From the IMG/VR virus record IMGVR_UViG_3300042243_000008, positions 1 through 25,608 of that record: a DNA stretch of 25,608 bases; one strand, given 5' to 3'. The notes under the pieces are model-generated. The model made no database searches and was not told where the DNA came from. It saw only the letters and a program-made list of their open reading frames with translations. The stretch comes from a virus. Taxonomy: Duplodnaviria; Caudoviricetes. A program made the translations under genes and the position numbers. Every line of letters starts with the position of its first letter. Positions within the stretch are counted from its first letter, which is position 1. Of the stretch, positions 24,093 through 25,608 are shown piece by piece.

Positions 24093-24377
24093 ATGACCAC
24101 CACCACAATCAACGACATCGTGACCAGCCTGCATCAGCAGGACGTGATCGCCGACTACCACCGCATCCCCGACGGGAACACCCGAATCGACCTCGCCGAC
24201 GGCCGACGCGTCTACGTCGGCGACGACTTCAACCCCGAAAACCCCGAAGAAGAGGCGACCGGCTACATCTGGACGGCCTACACCGTCGTCGACGGCGAAG
24301 AGGTCGAACTCGCCACCGGTAGCGACACCACCATCGCCACACTGGGCGACGCCATCCGCAAGCTGGCCGCGGCATGA
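24093..24377 (+). CDS. Acidic hypothetical protein (94 aa)
   Basis: RBS AAGGG, downstream of the promoter, coding-like codon usage. Confidence 0.8.
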   Translation: MTTTTINDIVTSLHQQDVIADYHRIPDGNTRIDLADGRRVYVGDDFNPENPEEEATGYIWTAYTVVDGEEVELATGSDTTIATLGDAIRKLAAA

Positions 24378-24535
24378 CCGAGAGTCGGCGGCCTGGACGC
24401 CCCGAGGTCGGCCACCCCATCAACATCCGCCTCGGAGACGACCTACTCGCCAAGGTCGACGCCGCCGCCGCCGAGGCCGGACAGTCCCGCGCACAGACCA
24501 TCCGAGAGCTGGTCGCCAAAGCCGTCGACGAATGA
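24374..24535 (+). CDS. Ribbon-helix-helix (CopG-like) DNA-binding protein, 53 aa; absent from the ORF track
   Basis: MTESRRPGRPEVGHPINIRLGDDLLAKVDAAAAEAGQSRAQTIRELVAKAVDE: beta ribbon INIRL, helix, G.SR...IR helix; ATGA overlap. Confidence 0.85.
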   Translation: MTESRRPGRPEVGHPINIRLGDDLLAKVDAAAAEAGQSRAQTIRELVAKAVDE

Positions 24536-24696
24536 CGCCGCCACCCGGCCTTGTCGCTGAGCGCAAGGCCCGCCTGCGCCTTATCGCGCAGCGCATGACG
24601 GACCAGGGTCGCGAAGGCGACCTTTCCGCCATGGCCGACGAGCACCGGGAATTGACCCCGCTACGCCAGCGTGCAAACGGCGAGAGTCTCGACTAG
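24532..24696 (+). CDS. Small hypothetical protein (54 aa); absent from the ORF track
   Basis: ATGA overlap with the RHH stop; MTPPPGLVAERKARLRLIAQRMTDQGREGDLSAMADEHRELTPLRQRANGESLD. Confidence 0.45.
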   Translation: MTPPPGLVAERKARLRLIAQRMTDQGREGDLSAMADEHRELTPLRQRANGESLD

Positions 24697-24761
24697 AACC
24701 CATATAGCGGCTTTCTGCTGTCACTGTGACGTAACGCCCCGCACTACCCACGCACCACCGA

Positions 24762-24793
24762 GACCCCCGACCAACACGGTCGGGGGTCATTTT
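24762..24793 (+). terminator. Intrinsic terminator closing the RHH cassette
   Basis: Perfect 11-bp stem GACCCCCGACC-aacac-GGTCGGGGGTC followed by ATTTT. Confidence 0.8.
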
Positions 24794-24900
24794 GCGTTGG
24801 GGGACATGCGATCCCCCTACCCGCCGCGGCGCTGGCGGAGGGGATATCTTGCATGCTTTCTGCACATCGTCCAGCGACACGATAATGTGTCTAGTCTCGC

Positions 24901-24930
24901 TTGACTTGATATGTCTAGTTCGACTAGACT
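24901..24930 (+). promoter_or_regulatory. hicAB promoter TTGACT-N18-TAGACT with overlapping palindromic operator GTCTAGT-tcg-ACTAGAC (24913-24929)
   Basis: The -10 ends 6 nt before GTG 24937 (leaderless); an extra half-site TGTCTAGT is at 24888-24895. Confidence 0.75.
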
Positions 24931-24936
24931 AGCCTT

Positions 24937-25149
24937 GTGACCAAGCGCAGAGACGTCATCAAAACCATCCGCAAAGCGGCCAAAGCCGCAAACGTGGAAG
25001 TCACAGAAAGCGAAGGCGGACGCCACACACTGATGATTCTCGACGGTCTGCGCATCCCCGTACCCCGCCACAAAGAAATCCCCGACCGAGACGCGCAGAA
25101 CATCTACAAAGAGGCCGAGCCTAAGCTAGGAGAGGACTGGTGGAAGTGA
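24937..25149 (+). CDS. hicA: HicA-like toxin (mRNA interferase)
   Basis: 70 aa basic protein, EGGRH (catalytic His position), IPVPRHKEI. Confidence 0.85.
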   Translation: MTKRRDVIKTIRKAAKAANVEVTESEGGRHTLMILDGLRIPVPRHKEIPDRDAQNIYKEAEPKLGEDWWK

Positions 25150-25608
25150 CCGACTACAACGCAATCGTGACTCGATCCGAACCCGGCTGGTCCATCTACG
25201 TCCCCGAAGTTGATCGACATACCTACGCCGCTCACCTCCGCGAAGTCGAGGAAATGGCCCGCGACCTCGTCGCGGTCATGACCGACCTCCCCGCCGAGGA
25301 CATCACACTGACGATTCACCTCCCCTCCGAGCTGGCCGACGCCATCGCGGAGATGCACCGGGCGCGCGAAAGTGTCACCGTCGCCGAAAACGCGGCCCGC
25401 TACACCCAGCAGGCCGCAGCGATTGCCCTCCGCGACGTCGGCGCACCACTGCGTGATATCGCAGCCGCTATCGGGGTGTCCTATCAGCGGGTGCATCAAA
25501 TCCTCGAAGACGCCAGCCGGCAGCTAGACCAGTTCCGCCGCGAAATCGACTGCAACCTGGCATTTGGTGCACTGCAGGACTTCACCCTGCCTGTCACGGA
25601 CGACGACG
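25146..25608 (+). CDS. hicB: HicB-like antitoxin with HTH and C-terminal extension; 3'-truncated by the window
   Basis: GTGA overlap. MTDYNAIVTRSEPGWSIYVPEVDRHTYAAHLREVEEMARDLV...GAPLRDIAAAIGVSYQRVHQIL; frame is open to the window end. Confidence 0.85.
   Translation, partial: MTDYNAIVTRSEPGWSIYVPEVDRHTYAAHLREVEEMARDLVAVMTDLPAEDITLTIHLPSELADAIAEMHRARESVTVAENAARYTQQAAAIALRDVGAPLRDIAAAIGVSYQRVHQILEDASRQLDQFRREIDCNLAFGALQDFTLPVTDDD

Larger units (their letters stand above)
1..25608. mobile_element. Temperate siphovirus or prophage segment (packaging, head, tail, lysis, accessory); extends beyond both window ends
   Basis: Canonical siphovirus gene order from terminase to lysis cassette, followed by toxin-antitoxin accessory genes. 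No att site or integrase is in the window, so prophage versus free phage cannot be decided. Confidence 0.95.

Noticed and set aside
24635-24705. tRNA-like fragment on the minus strand (tttgcac loop; cggggtcaattcccg resembling a T-arm) as a tRNA or att core
   Set aside because: No proper GTTC T-loop, the anticodon and acceptor stems do not pair, there is no CCA, and it overlaps a coupled + strand ORF. tRNAscan-SE or ARAGORN would settle it.
24671-24904. 77-aa ORF across the terminator and hicAB promoter region
   Set aside because: Runs through a strong terminator and regulatory palindromes; non-coding-like codon usage and no RBS.
25104-25499. 131-aa minus-strand ORF
   Set aside because: Antisense shadow of hicB, which the track omitted because it has no stop in the window.

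Overview
This GC-rich window is the virion-structure, lysis and accessory part of an actinobacterial temperate siphovirus or prophage, most likely from Mycobacterium/Mycolicibacterium (inferred from gene content). The + strand gene order is: terminase large subunit (5'-truncated), a small Sm/LSm-fold-like protein, HK97-type portal, prohead protease and major capsid, head-tail joining genes (one ending in an AT-hook), major tail protein, tail assembly chaperones with a GGGAAAC -1 frameshift site, tape measure, five minor tail and tail-associated genes including a collagen-like/SGNH esterase fibre, and a lysis cassette (Lysin A, holin, PE-PPE/cutinase-like hydrolase, 4TM and 1TM proteins). Two self-contained accessory units follow: a promoter-ORF-RHH-ORF-terminator cassette and a hicAB-like toxin-antitoxin pair whose HicB is C-terminally extended and runs off the window. 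The most notable items are an antisense, leaderless, secreted Cys-containing moron inserted between the chaperone and tape measure genes, the Sm-like gene between terminase and portal, a domain nested inside a copy of itself in the distal tail protein, and the accessory cassettes. No integrase, att site, tRNA or CRISPR array is visible. All family calls come from motif recognition and synteny, not database searches.
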